The notes: a model not told the origin generated them from the letters alone. Counted from the whole stretch's first letter, positions 34,283 through 47,600 are shown. The stretch is 63,734 nt of DNA, filler included, from Reclinomonas americana ATCC 50394 (GCA_048213135.1; 28 parts of 28 records of this genome joined end to end with filler, not necessarily neighbours in it); one strand, 5' to 3'. Made by a program: numbers and translations.

Positions 34283-35999
34283 GTCGTGGGCCCTGTGGCT
34301 CCCTACAACAGCATTGCGCATCTGACGCGACAGAACACGCTGACGGGCTTCGCCGAGGACATCAACATGGACGAGTTTGTGTTTCACGAGCAGTACAAGA
34401 GTTTCAACTCGCGTGGCGTGGCGTTGGATCCCACTGGCAAGTCCGTCATTGGGCAGGGCTCGGCGGATGTGGCGTTGCACGGCACCAATGAGAAGAAGCG
34501 CGCGGAGAAGCGGAGACGAGTGGAGGAGTTTGGCGAGGCGGGCACAGAGGAGTTCAAGGGTCCGTGGGCCAAGTACGTGGATCCCTACGAGAGCCTGCCC
34601 GAGTTGACAGTTGCGTGTGCACGCACATTGCGGTGGGTGGCAGCGACACCTCCCTGTTTTTTTCTTACCCGTCACCGCACAGGCAGCGGAGCGTGAGCAA
34701 ATCGAGGCGGCCACGAAGCGACGCAAGCTGGAGCCGAGCGACGAACGGGCGGAGCCGACGTACAAGCGACACATCAAGGAGACGCACGACGCGTTGGGCC
34801 ACTCGTTCCTGGAGCCGCCACGCGAGCTGCATCTGGATCTGCCCGACAAGTGCTACTTGCCGAAGAAGCTCGTCCACACATGGAGCGGACACACCAAGGG
34901 CGTCAACGCCATTCGCTACTTCCCCGTGTACGCACACTTGCTGCTGTCGGCGTCGCTCGACGGGCGCGTGAAGCTGTGGGATGTGCACAACAAGCGCAAT
35001 GTCATCATGACGTACATGGGTCACCACAAGCCTGCGCGTGACATTTGCTTTAGCAACGATGGACGGAGATTTATCTCGTTGCGTGTCTCTCTTCTCCTTT
35101 TGCCTCTTCACTCTCTTCCTCGTTTATGCTCACCGTCTTGTCAAACAGGGCGAGTTACGACAAGACGGTGAAATACTGGGACACTGAGACGGGCAAGATC
35201 ATCCACACCTTCTCGTGCGGCAAGATCCCGTACTGCGCACGCATCAACCCCGACGACGACAAGCAGAACGAGTTCTTGGCCGGCTACTCCAACAAGAAGA
35301 TCCTCCAGTGGGACATGCGAACAAGCACCGAAGTGCAGTGCTACGATCGCCACTTGGGTGCCGTCAACACAGTCACCTTTGTCGATCGCAACCGGCGCTT
35401 CGTCTCCACCTCGGACGACAAGACCATTCGTGTGTGGGAGTACGGCATTCCGGTGGAGATCAAGTACATTGCCGAGCCGTGGATGCACTCCATGCCAGCC
35501 ACGTGCATGCACCCGAACGGCAAGTGGATCCTCATGCAGTCGCTCGACAACCAGATTTTGGTGTATTCCACACAAGAGAGGTAATGTGTCGGGGAAAAGT
35601 GCTCGTACATGTAGACAAAACTGGGAGCGCACTCACACTTTGCTTGCCCCTCGCAGATTCCGTCTGAACAACAAGAAGCGCTTCGCCGGCCACATCAACG
35701 CCGGCTTTGCGTGCGGCATGACGTTCTCGAACGACGGACGATTCGTGTGCTCGGGCGATTCGGAGGGTCGGCTGTGGATGTGGGACTGGAAGACGTGCAA
35801 GCGTGTCAAGTTGCGTTTCCTTGTCCACCATTGATGGCCCTGGGAGTGTGTCGCGTGCTGACCCATTTTCCCCCTCCCGAACTCCTGCAGGGTAATGAAG
35901 GTACACGATCAGGTGTGCATCGGCTGCGAATGGCACCCGCTCGAGTCAAGTAAGGTGGCCACGTGTGGCTGGGACGGTAACATCAAGTACTGGGACTAA
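34283..35999 (+). CDS. CDC40: Pre-mRNA splicing factor Prp17/CDC40 (WD40), haplotype 1, 5' partial, 4 internal introns
   Basis: [33 protein letters not shown] and [15 protein letters not shown] motifs. Confidence 0.96.
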
Positions 36000-36332
36000 T
36001 CGGCGGCCTCGCACACGGCCGCGTGGAGCGAAAACGAATGAAGAGAAGGAACACATGAAATGTAGGGAAAAATGATTGTCTGTTGGTGAATGTTGTTGTT
36101 GTTGTTGTTGTTGTTGTACACTTGTGGCATGTCACTTCTTGCACAACACACGGGGCGGGGTAGGAAGACAGAAAGAGGATCATAGACAACAGGGGTATGA
36201 GAGGGGGGGAAGACCCAGTAGGTGGTACACATGGAGAACGAGGGAAACCATTGCAAAGGGAAAAGGCGAAACAGAGCACCTCCACACGAATTCTTCTGGA
36301 GGGCGTACACAACAAATCGGAAATCGGATTTC

Positions 36333-36537
36333 TTAGCGCGACGCAGTGCGCTCGGCCTCCCTGATGGCCTCCTCCAGGAAGCGCGACGGCGCCTTCTTGA
36401 GCGAGGCACGGACCTCTGTGTGCACGGTAATCATGTGAGGACACAAGAGCTGGAGTCGTAGTGCAGCAGCAACCTCGCGAACCTGCAAACTGAACGTGTG
36501 CCTGCATGCCTGCCTCCCATGACTCGAGGGTGATGAC
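36333..36537 (-). CDS. 3' exons of a hypothetical protein convergent with CDC40
   Basis: CAG acceptor and an in-frame splice to EVRASLKKAPSRFLEEAIREAERTASR*; conserved in the second haplotype. Confidence 0.45.
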
Positions 36538-36711
36538 CTGCACAACAACAACAAACGAGTGTGTGAGAGTGGGAAGAGAGAGCAGAGCAGAGCAGTGTGC
36601 CACTCTTCTTANNNNNNNNNNNNNNNNNNNNNNNNNNNNNNNNNNNNNNNNNNNNTTAATTAATTAANNNNNNNNNNNNNNNNNNNNNNNNNNNNNNNNN
36701 NNNNNNNNNNN

Positions 36712-39220
36712 ATAGGCGCACGGCGACGCGCACTGGTCGCAGTTCGCTCCACTCCATCCACTGTTGCACACGCACTGCGCGGCGCCGGCAGCATTGACCA
36801 CGCACGTGCTGTGCACCGGGCACGTGACGCCAGTGCACGTTCCCGGCGGCGTCCCGCTGTCCGTCAAGATCAGCACCTTGGCGCTGCGGGCAATCAGGCC
36901 GGCGTCCGCATGGAACAGAGTGTTCCACAACTTCCATCCGCGGACCTGGTGACGAAGATGGAAAATGTGAGAAGACCGAAGAGAAGCGTATCAGGTGCGG
37001 CAGACACGCGCAACGCACCTCCCAGTACGAGCCAATGACGGCGTCCGACGGCACCGTGACGGTGTACGAGCCGGAGCCGGCCGGCAACCACCACCAGTAG
37101 GGACCATCGGTATCTTGCGGTGTGTCGGTGGAGACCCAGTTGGCCCAGTCGTCGGCGTTGCCAGGGAACTGTATCATGCTCAATGAGTGGGAGACATTGG
37201 CAAGCAGGAGAAAATGCAAAGGCAACGCACATTGGACCACGTGACAGTGACTGTGTCGCCGCGCTTGGCCGACGTCTGCCATACTGCGAGTGAGAAGCAC
37301 GCACAAACAAAACAGGGATTGGGGAGACTGACAAAACCTTGTCGACTTGGACGGTCGGTGTGCACTGGCTGCCGCTGCACTGATCGCACGCGGCGCCAGT
37401 CCATCCAGATTGGCATTGGCACACGGGAGCGCCGGTGCCGGCAGCCGCAGCGCACGTGCCGTGCACGCAGACCGTGGGGCAAGCGTCGCACAGCGATCCG
37501 GTCCAACCATTCTGGCACTGGCAAATAGCATTGCCGTTCGCGTCGGCTGCACATGTACCACCGTTCTGGCACTGGAGCGCACATGTGGCACACGTTGTGC
37601 CGGTCCAACCCGAGTTGCAAGTGCACACAGCGGCTCCACTGCTGCTGACGGAGCAGGTGCCGTGGTTGCTGCACGTCATGCCGGCGCACGGGTTCGAGCC
37701 GCTCATCGAGATCAGCACCTTCGGGCTGCGTGCAATCAGGGCCGACGGATCGTAGAACTGCGCGGATGAGAAGGACACAGTGAGTGTGAGAGAAGTGAGG
37801 CACTGACTGGCTGGCTGATCACGAGCATCGAACCAGTGAATTCCAACTCTTCCATCCGCGGACCTCCCACGAAGTGCCGGGTTGCGCGTCAGCGGGGACG
37901 GACACAGTGGCCGAGCCGGAAGCGCCGTTCAACCACCACCACACACCGTCGACGTTGAGAGCTGTGGAGTCCACGAGCCAGCCGGCCCAGTCGTCGGCAT
38001 TGCCGGGGAACTGTTCACGCGACAGGAGAATGTGAGGAGGCGAGAACCACTAAGCAGGAGCGTGTTGTCACACGCACATTGCTCCAAGTAACCACAATCG
38101 TGTCGCCTTGCACGGCCACAGTCTGCATCGCAGCACCACCAATAGTGAGAAACAATCAAGTGGCGCGATACAGCCCGGCACACACGGCGGCGCACCTTGT
38201 CCACGGTGATGCTCGGTCCAGGTTGATCGCAGATCACGCCAGTCCAGTTGCCCGAGCAAATGCACCCGGTGGAGGTGCTGTTGCAGGTGGAGCCGTTCTT
38301 GCAGCTGCTGCAGGAGTATGCGCACTGCGATCCAAAGAAGCCAGCGTTGCAGACGCAGTCGCCCGTAGTCTGATTGCACTTGGCATTCGGGCCGCACGTC
38401 TGCGCCGCGTCGTTACAGAAGACGGCGCAAGTGGGCGTATAGTAGTTCGGCTTGCACTTGTCGCAGAACTGGCCGGTAAAGTTGTTGACACAGGTGCACA
38501 CGCCGGCCGAGCAGAAGCCTGTAAGATGGCATTGAGAACGGACAAGCAACAAACTTGCGGGGGTGATGCACGAGACCCACCGTGCCCGTTGCAGTTGACG
38601 TTGGCACAGGAGGGATCAGGCGTGACGTTGGGCACCGACAGCAGGGCGCCGCTCAGCACAAGCGAAAAGTCTTGCGCCGAGTTCAACTGATACGCCATCA
38701 CATACACGGTGTACGTGCCGGCGGCGAGCGAATCGAACAGAACGCGTTCCGCATTGTGCCTGCACAACAAATGAAGTGAGAAACAGGCTACGCAGAAGAA
38801 CAGCATACGTGAGGGACGCAACAAGTGATCGCTGTTGCTGCCGCCAAGAATACGAGCGTTGCCGCGCTGCAGCAGCGTGGTGCCCTGGTAGACATACAGA
38901 TCGAGATCGTTGACCAGCGCCTTGGCGGCACCGGCACCGGGCGTGGCCGGCTCCTGGTCCGTCCACGCCAGAGTGATGGCCACGCGGCCAGTCGCGGCCG
39001 TGACCGTGAACTGTGCCGTCCACGACTGGCCGACGGTGCTGAGGCTCGCGCTCTCGTGCGCCAGCACAAAGGTCCTGCAATATCACCAAGGGCTGCTGCG
39101 TCAGGAAAAGCACGCACACACACAAATGCAACATCAGAAACGCAACTTGGCACCAGAGGCGGTGTTCGAGAAGATGGTGGACAGTTGGGTGCGACCAAAG
39201 CCAACCTTGTAAGCGGAGTT
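36712..39220 (-). CDS. Subtilisin (S8, KP-43/TagA-like) C-terminal region followed by EGF repeats and two Trp-rich Ig-like modules, partial
   Basis: GFGR, LAWTD, LVNDLDL, HNAERV and QDFSLV motifs; EGF cysteine patterns; many GT-AG introns. Confidence 0.8.
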
Positions 39221-39435
39221 CTGCGAGAGGGAAAAGTGGGGAGAAGGGTGAGAAGAAGGGGAAGAAGGGAGAAGGGGGAGAAGGGGGAGAAGGGGGAGAA
39301 GGGAGAGGAGAGGAGAGGAGAGGAGAGGAGAGGAGNNNNNNNNNNNNNNNNNNNNNNNNNNNNNNNNNNNNNNNNNNNNTTAATTAATTAANNNNNNNNN
39401 NNNNNNNNNNNNNNNNNNNNNNNNNNNNNNNNNNN

Positions 39436-39801
39436 GGCGATGACCGTCGCCCGGAGCTGGTCACCCGTGAGCCCTGTCCGCCAGGCTCCGCCTTCGGCCG
39501 GTAGCCCCGACGTGTGGGTGAGGAGGTGACGCAGTGTGATGCGGTCGGACCCCTCGCCCCGTCCCACGGCGAGCACGCCCGACACCGGCGCGTCGAGTCC
39601 CAGCATCCCGGCTTCGACCTGCCGCAGCGCGGCCACTGTCGTGAAGATCTTCGTGAGCGAGGCGAGGTCGAACAGGTGCTCCGGGCGCAGCGGCGTCGGA
39701 TCGTCGTCGGCTGCCGTGCCGAGCAGCGTCAGCTCGTCGCCCTCCGATCCGGGATTGCTGCGCAGCGAGGCCCAGGCCGAACCCGGCGCGCCGTTCACCA
39801 C
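39436..39801 (-). CDS. Serine hydrolase (beta-lactamase/PBP class C family), 5' part
   Basis: FDLASLTK (SxxK) and ITLRHLLTHTSGL motifs. Confidence 0.88.
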
Positions 39802-39808
39802 GCTCGGC

Positions 39809-40654
39809 TCACTTGCTCATGCCAGAGGTGAGTCCGTTGATGATCTGCTTCGTCGCGAGCAGGAACAGCACGACCAGCGGGATCGTCGCGATCGTGAGTC
39901 CCGCGAACAGCTGCGGCCAATCCGTCGAGTACTCGCCGAAGAACCGGGTGAGCCCGACCGGCAGCGTGTACGAGTCGCGGTCGCGCAGCAGGATCAGCGG
40001 GTAGAAGAAGTCGTTCCACACCGGCACGAACCGGAACACGATCACGGTCGCGAGGGCCGGCCGCACCAGCGGGAGCAGGATCTGCAGGAAAGTCCGGAAG
40101 GGACCCGCCCCGTCGATGCGCGCCGCCTCCTCGAGCTCGATCGGCAGTGCGCGGAAGAACACCGTCAGGACGAACGTCGTGAAGGGGATGCCGAGGGCGC
40201 CGTAGACAAGGATCAGGCTGAACACGTTGCTCGTCATCTTGAGCGAGTCGAGCAGGTAGAACAGCGGCAGGATCGCGAGGTGCACCGGCAGCATGAGGCC
40301 TGACAGGAAGACCGCCTCGATGCCGCGGAAGAACTTCGCCCTGGCCCGCGCGAACGCGTAGGCCGCGAGCACCGACACGACGGTCGTGACGATGACCGAG
40401 CCCACGGTGACGGTGATCGAGTTGAGGAAGTACGTGTCGAACGACGCCGTGATCCACGCGCTCTGGAAGCTCGTGAATGTCGGGGGAGTGGGCAACCCCA
40501 GCGGCTCGGTCGCGATCTGCTGCTGGGTGCGCAGCGAGTTGTTGACCATCAGCAGCAGCGGGCCGATGGCGACGAGCGCGTAGCCCCACAGGAAGATGTT
40601 CGCGAACAGGCGGCCGATGAACGGGGTGTCCGAGGTGCGCGTCGTGCTGCGGCG
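39809..40654 (-). CDS. Carbohydrate ABC transporter permease, 5' partial
   Basis: EEAARIDGA loop and WNDFFYPL motif. Confidence 0.93.
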   Translation of the reverse strand, partial: RRSTTRTSDTPFIGRLFANIFLWGYALVAIGPLLLMVNNSLRTQQQIATEPLGLPTPPTFTSFQSAWITASFDTYFLNSITVTVGSVIVTTVVSVLAAYAFARARAKFFRGIEAVFLSGLMLPVHLAILPLFYLLDSLKMTSNVFSLILVYGALGIPFTTFVLTVFFRALPIELEEAARIDGAGPFRTFLQILLPLVRPALATVIVFRFVPVWNDFFYPLILLRDRDSYTLPVGLTRFFGEYSTDWPQLFAGLTIATIPLVVLFLLATKQIINGLTSGMSK

Positions 40655-40754
40655 NNNNNNNNNNNNNNNNNNNNNNNNNNNNNNNNNNNNNNNNNNNNTT
40701 AATTAATTAANNNNNNNNNNNNNNNNNNNNNNNNNNNNNNNNNNNNNNNNNNNN

Positions 40755-42197
40755 AGAGAGAATGTGCGCAATGTTTGAAAACCCACTATCCATTTTGCGT
40801 TGCATTCTGAAAGTCTCTCCTTCGTAAGCTATTATCGATCTCCCTGTTTTCGGCACCACTCCGAACACCCCCTATCACCCAGATCTCCCCCATTTCATCA
40901 GAGACCTCTCTTTCTCACATCAGAAGGAATGTGCGCGATCCTTTAAAACCCCCTATACATTTCACCAGGCCTTGGCCCTTTACCTCCTTCAAAAGCTATA
41001 ATCAATCTCCCGTTTTTCCACTCAGTTTCTGCACGTTTCGCGCACCACCCACTCTCGAGATCTCCACAATCTTGTAAGCAACCACTACTTCGCAAAAGAC
41101 CAAAGATATCTGTAATGATTTGAAACCACGTTTGCGTTTAAAAAAGTCTTTGCCAGACCTTCATCCCAATAGATATCGGCTGCGCACCTGTTTTTGGCGG
41201 TGTTCGGCGTGCATTGCTCCGCGGCTTTTGTAGGTAGCGGGGGTCTACTTGCGGAGTGTACGAGATTGTTATTGGAGACTCTTCTTGTTTTAGAAAAGTG
41301 TTGCTTCTTATTCATCTCGGGCGCTACAGCCGCAGACACGCTTCGGATCACGTACTCTGCATAGGTCTATGCTACTTTTTATTTTTGTTTCAGGTTTCAA
41401 ATAATCTGCAATGTGTGCGATCGAGTGACGCAATTTATTTAATAGTTGGAAATAATAGTAATAGTTATCCTGTTCTTGATTGATTAAATACTCTCCTTCT
41501 GCTGCACATCTCTGCTCTCACTGACGGGGTAGGCATCGCAAAGTGCTTAATGCCCCAAACAAAAAATAGTCCACCGTGGGAAATCATATGGGGCCTTACT
41601 CCAGATAAGGGACAAGGGTGTTTTGATGTTTGGAAAGGGCTACCTATTTATGGACATTCGCGGTCACAAAAGTCACCCTAGCTTTCCAATCAAATAGTAG
41701 AGTACCGTGGGGGATCATGTTTCTCCCCTATAAGTAGAGGGGCAAGTATTTCTACCGGTGGGAACGGGCTACAGAATTAAAGCAATGTTACGCAGTGTGC
41801 TTCGTGGTTGGAGATCTCAGAGGACATGGGTTCCCATAGGGTTTTCATCACCCTCTCTTCACTTCAACCCACTTTTTGTGAGGAATGACCCCTCTTTTCA
41901 CCCCCTCTCCCAAATCTAAAATCACTCTACCGTGGGGAATTATGAGAGATTACTCTCTTGATCAGGGATATACCCTCTACAGTGAGCGTGAGAGGCTCCA
42001 TTCAAGGAACAGTGCCGAGTGAGCGCAAAGTGACGCCTTTGCAGTGTCGCTGTTGTGGTGGTGCGTGGCAGCGTGTTTCAATGGTGGACTTTTCAGAGAA
42101 CATGGGTTTTCATAGGGTTTTCATACCCCTCTCTTCACCTCACAAAAATTATATGCCAGACGGCCTTCTTCTTTGCCTCTTCTGAAAAGACAAAAAA
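40755..42197. repeat. Lower-GC, apparently non-coding contig with degenerate direct repeats
   Basis: 167-nt period repeat at 40760/40927; about 60-nt repeat at 41805/42082; ACCGTGGG(G/A)..AT motif at 41573, 41704 and 41929. Confidence 0.6.
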
Positions 42198-42311
42198 NNN
42201 NNNNNNNNNNNNNNNNNNNNNNNNNNNNNNNNNNNNNNNNNTTAATTAATTAANNNNNNNNNNNNNNNNNNNNNNNNNNNNNNNNNNNNNNNNNNNNGTA
42301 GTACGTAGTAC

Positions 42312-42435
<124 letters not shown>

Positions 42436-42585
42436 ACCCACCCACCCCCTCTCTCTTTCCACACACAGTCATCCAACATACAGACGCAGGAGATTACCCT
42501 CTTCTCACTCTCTCTCTGCCTCTTCATCTCATTCTTTCTTTGCCTCTTCACCCTCTCCCTTCCCTCACCTTCCCTCTCTGCACAG

Positions 42586-44300
42586 GTTGTGGGTCCTGTG
42601 GCTCCCTACAACAGCATTGCGCATCTGACGCGACAGAACACGCTGACGGGCTTCGCCGAGGACATCAACATGGACGAGTTTGTGTTTCACGAGCAGTACA
42701 AGAGTTTCAACTCGCGTGGCGTGGCGTTGGATCCCACTGGCAAGTCCGTCATTGGGCAGGGCTCGGCGGATGTGGCGTTGCATGGCACCAATGAGAAGAA
42801 GCGCGCGGAGAAGCGGAGACGAGTGGAGGAGTTTGGCGAGGCGGGCACGGAAGAGTTCAAGGGTCCGTGGGCCAAGTACGTGGATCCCTACGAGAGCCTG
42901 CCCGAGTTGACAGTTGCGTGTGCATGCACGTTGCGGTGGGTGGCGGTGACACCTCCCTTTTTTTCTTACCCGTCACCGCACAGGCGGAGGAGCGTGAGCA
43001 AATCGAGGCGGCCACGAAGCGACGCAAGCTGGAGCCGAGCGACGAAAGGGTGGAGCCGACGTACAAGCGACACATCAAGGAGACGCACGATGCGTTGGGT
43101 CACTCGTTCCTGGAGCCGCCACGCGAGCTGCATCTGGATCTGCCCGACAAGTGCTACTTGCCGAAGAAGCTCATCCACACATGGAGCGGACACACCAAGG
43201 GCGTCAACGCCATTCGTTACTTCCCCGTGTACGCACACTTGCTGCTGTCGGCGTCGCTCGACGGGCGCGTGAAGCTGTGGGATGTGCACAACAAGCGCAA
43301 CGTCATCATGACGTACATGGGTCACCACAAGCCTGCGCGTGACATTTGCTTTAGCAACGATGGACGGAGATTTATCTCGTTGCGTGTCTCTCTTCTCCTT
43401 TTGCCTCTTCACTCTCTTCCTCGTTTATGCTCACCGTCTTGTCACACAGGGCGAGTTACGACAAGACGGTGAAATACTGGGACACTGAGACGGGCAAGAT
43501 CATCCACACCTTCTCGTGCGGCAAGATCCCGTACTGCGCGCGCATCAACCCCGACGACGACAAGCAGAACGAGTTCTTGGCCGGCTACTCCAACAAGAAG
43601 ATCCTCCAGTGGGACATGCGAACAAGCACCGAAGTGCAGTGCTACGATCGCCACTTGGGTGCCGTCAACACAGTCACCTTTGTCGATCGCAACCGGCGCT
43701 TCGTCTCCACCTCGGACGACAAGACCATTCGTGTGTGGGAGTACGGCATTCCGGTGGAGATCAAGTACATTGCGGAGCCGTGGATGCACTCCATGCCGGC
43801 CACGTGCATGCACCCGAACGGCAAGTGGATCCTCATGCAGTCGCTCGACAACCAGATTTTGGTGTACTCTACACAAGAGAGGTAATGTGTCGGGGAAAAG
43901 TGCAGGTACATGAAGAAAGAATGGGGAGCGCACTCACACTTTGCTTGCCCCTCGCAGATTCCGTCTGAACAACAAGAAGCGCTTCGCCGGCCACATCAAC
44001 GCCGGCTTTGCGTGCGGCATGACGTTCTCGAACGACGGACGATTCGTGTGCTCGGGTGATTCAGAGGGTCGGCTGTGGATGTGGGACTGGAAGACGTGCA
44101 AGCGTGTCAAGTTGCGTTTCCTTGTCCACCATTGATGGCCTGGGAGTGTGTCGCGTGCTGACCCATTTTTTTCCCTCCCGAACTCCTGCAGGGTAATGAA
44201 GGTACACGATCAAGTGTGCATCGGCTGCGAATGGCACCCGCTCGAGTCAAGTAAGGTGGCCACGTGTGGCTGGGACGGTAACATCAAGTACTGGGACTAA
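42586..44300 (+). CDS. CDC40: Pre-mRNA splicing factor Prp17/CDC40, haplotype 2, 5' partial
   Basis: Near-identical to 34283-35999, with the same introns. Confidence 0.96.
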
Positions 44301-44634
44301 TCGGCGGCCTCGCACACGGCCGCGTGGAGCGAAACGAATGAAGAGAAGGAACACATGAAATGTAGGGAAAAATGATTGCATGTACGTCTGTTGGTGAATG
44401 TTGTTGTTGTTGTTGTTGTACACTTGTGGCATGTCACTTCTTGCACAACACACGGGGCGGGGTAGGAAGACAGAAAGAGGATCATAGACAACAGGGGTAT
44501 GAGAGGGGGGGAAGACCCAGTAGGTGGTACACATGGAGAGCGAGGGAAACCATTGCAAAGGGAAAAGGCGAAACAGAGCACCTCCACACGAATTCTTCTG
44601 GAGGGCGTACACAACAAATCGGAAATCGGATTTC

Positions 44635-44838
44635 TTAGCGCGACGCAGTGCGCTCGGCCTCCCTGATGGCCTCCTCCAGGAAGCGCGACGGCGCCTTCTT
44701 GAGCGAGGCACGGACCTCTGTGTGCACGATCAACAAGTGAGGACACAAGAGCTGGAGTCGTAGTGCAGCAGCAACCTCGCGAACCTGCAAACTGAACGTG
44801 TGCCTGCATGCCTGCCTCCCATGACTCGAGGGTGATGA
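44635..44838 (-). CDS. Second haplotype of the hypothetical gene at 36333-36537
   Basis: Near-identical sequence. Confidence 0.45.
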   Translation of the reverse strand, partial: SSPSSHGRQACRHTFSLQVREVAAALRLQLLCPHLLIVHTEVRASLKKAPSRFLEEAIREAERTASR

Positions 44839-45012
44839 CCTACACAACAACAAACGAGTATGTGAGAGTGGGAAGAGAGAGCAGAGCAGAGCAGTGTGCC
44901 ACTCTTCTTANNNNNNNNNNNNNNNNNNNNNNNNNNNNNNNNNNNNNNNNNNNNTTAATTAATTAANNNNNNNNNNNNNNNNNNNNNNNNNNNNNNNNNN
45001 NNNNNNNNNNAC

Positions 45013-45014
<2 letters not shown>

Positions 45015-45097
<83 letters not shown>
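45015..45097. repeat. (AC)n microsatellite
   Basis: Read directly from the sequence. Confidence 0.95.
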
Positions 45098-45099
<2 letters not shown>

Positions 45100-45139
45100 T
45101 CAGTCAACAATCGAGGCGACACTCAGAAATCACGTGCAC

Positions 45140-47600
45140 TCTTACCATCACCAGCAGCACCGACAGCCAAGGTGCGAGTTGTGTGCCGTGTGATCAAGCG
45201 AGACCTCGGTGGATGCTGGCGCCAGCAGGAAGTGGCTACGAGTGTGGCAGGGGTTCGTTGCACTTCCGAGAGCAGGGCAAGGCCGAGAGCGGAGACGTAG
45301 TGAACGCGTGGAGCACTGCTACCGTGCCATCTCTGCATCCACTCGGCAGCTACGGTTTCACCGGCTGTGGCGGCCGCGGCGTCAGGAAGCACCGAAGAAA
45401 GAGACAACCAACAACGACGATAGTGACGACGCACCGGTCGGTGGCAGACCCTGCGCCGCACGTGTGATGGTCTCGAACAAGAAACTCGGTCGAGAGCCGT
45501 CAGTGGCCAGCGGTCTGTTATAGTGTGTGAGAGATGCACAGCCACTGAATGTGCCTGAAACACGACGATACGCACCCAACCAGCGACGACGAGGCGATGA
45601 TCTGCTCCAGAATCATGTGGTACTCGGTGTACTGTCGCATGCTGGCCGGGGCGGCTGGGAACAGCTGCGACAGCTTGTGGTACAGTAGGGCAATCTTGGA
45701 GAGCTGTGCGACCAAGAGGAGGAGGTGTCAGTGATCGCACAAAAAATTGCAGTCTCTCGCCAACTGTCTCCATTACCTCTGACGAAATCTCCTGCGACAC
45801 GATGCGCCGATTGACATTGCGGCTCACTGTGATCGGGATGTGAGCACAAGGTGGTAAGAGACAAACTTGGGGAGCAGACGCAACGCTGTGTGTGGAATCG
45901 ATCGACATCATCCTTGTCTGCATTGTCACCAAAATCTGTCAGTCGGCCGTGATGGGAGGGAGAACACGCACTGTGTATGCACACTGGGGCGCGCCACGCA
46001 CTTTGAAGAGACATCTCTGGTGGCCTCACTTCCTCAAACGACAACAACCGCTCGAACGAGCGCACAACGCCATCGATCTGCATGCACTTGTTAGCACGCA
46101 GGATCACTTGCGCAAACCACCAAACTTTCCAGTGAATACGCAACTCTCTGCGGCTCCAGATTCATGATGGACACGGTGAAAACAGATGCGAGTTCCGAGT
46201 AAATGGCCAGAGGCAGGTTGGACAGCACGTCGTGGAGCGACTCGACGAGATTATGCGGCTCCGACAGCAGCGTCTGCAACCAAACTGTCAGAAGAGATGC
46301 ACAACGAAAGGCAAAATCGCAGAATGTGGCACACCTCCAAGTACAGCGCCGAAGGAACCACACTCGCCAGCGAGGTGAGGAACGAGAGCAGCATGTGAAT
46401 ACGCCAGCCACGACGCGCAGCGCGCGGAATCACTGCAGAGTCCGCGGAGATGGGCGACGAGCGGCCGCTGCTACGACCATCGTTGACTTCCAACGTGCTT
46501 CCGGTGGCACCTGCAGCGGCCGCAGCGGCCGCAGCCTTGCCGCACTCCTGTCGATGCTCTTCAAGTTCATCCAACAACAGCGTTTGAAGACGCAGAATGA
46601 TGTGGTCGGCGGCGAACTGTGGCCCAAAGCTGTGTGTGCATGCGCACGTATCAGACCGGATCAACGCGGAAGCGAGAAAAAAGAGAGGGTGACATGTGGA
46701 AGGATTCAGCAAACGCAACAGCGCACAGTACTTGAACAGCAGTTGCATAATCGGATACACATTGGGATGCTGCCGGCTGACCTCGTGCAGCAGGGCCGGC
46801 ACAACCACTTGCATCGACAGCCGTTCGCCGACAAAGCACGGCAGGAGGGCGAAGGGTTCCACAAGACGCGAAGCAAGCTGCGTATCATCGTCCCAGTAAC
46901 CTCGTGAGCACGTACACCGCGATGCGGGAAGAATAAGCAGTCCCAGTCTGCACTTGCCTCCCGCTCGCGCATCGCTTCCATGCAATAGGGGAAAAAGTGG
47001 TCGGCAAATGCCTGCTTTCCAAACAGTGTGCACAACGTATCCAGCACCGGGACACTGAAGAAGAACAGCTGCGTGTCGATGTCGCGATGTCGCTACGGAT
47101 ATCATACGAGACAGTCAGTCACTGCACAGGAGGTCTTCTCTCTCGTTTCTCGCTCACCCTCTCTTTCTCTCTCGCCCTCTCTCCTCCTCTATTCTTCTCC
47201 TTCTCTCTTCAATACAGTGGACATCACTGGCATTACCTCGTAGATTGACTTGCAGATCTCCAGGAAGCTGGCAATCGCACGCGGAGCATCCAACCGAATG
47301 CGACGAGAGAGCGAGCGCAGTGACCCGAGCCCGATCCTCCAAACATCTAGAACCGCCGACCAGTGAGAATGAAGTGATGCATCAATCGACTCCTGACCGG
47401 AACGCAAAACAAACCACACGACTCAAAAATGTGCAAAAAGTGCGGAATCGCCAACTCAAACCCTTCCTTGGCGAGTACCCGCGGGTCGACCAGCGTGCTC
47501 TCACACAGTGACAACACTCCGCACGACTCCTCCACCGTCCGACATGCATACAGCCGACTCAGCAAGTCGTACGCTTGGTGGAAGTACGTGGGGAAGGTGC
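45140..47600 (-). CDS. Multi-exon helical protein, possibly the WDR81/GFS12-like middle region
   Basis: EGFELAIPHFLHIF and LFGKQAFADHFFPY segments recall WDR81; exon structure only partly resolved. Confidence 0.4.

Noticed and set aside
34610..35891. Non-canonical TT...GG introns as an alternative reading of the GTTGCG donors
   Set aside because: The reading is ambiguous only where the next exon starts with G. Other cases (6481, 5767, 4871, 11817, 54400) are followed by T, C or A, and GT-AG explains all of them.
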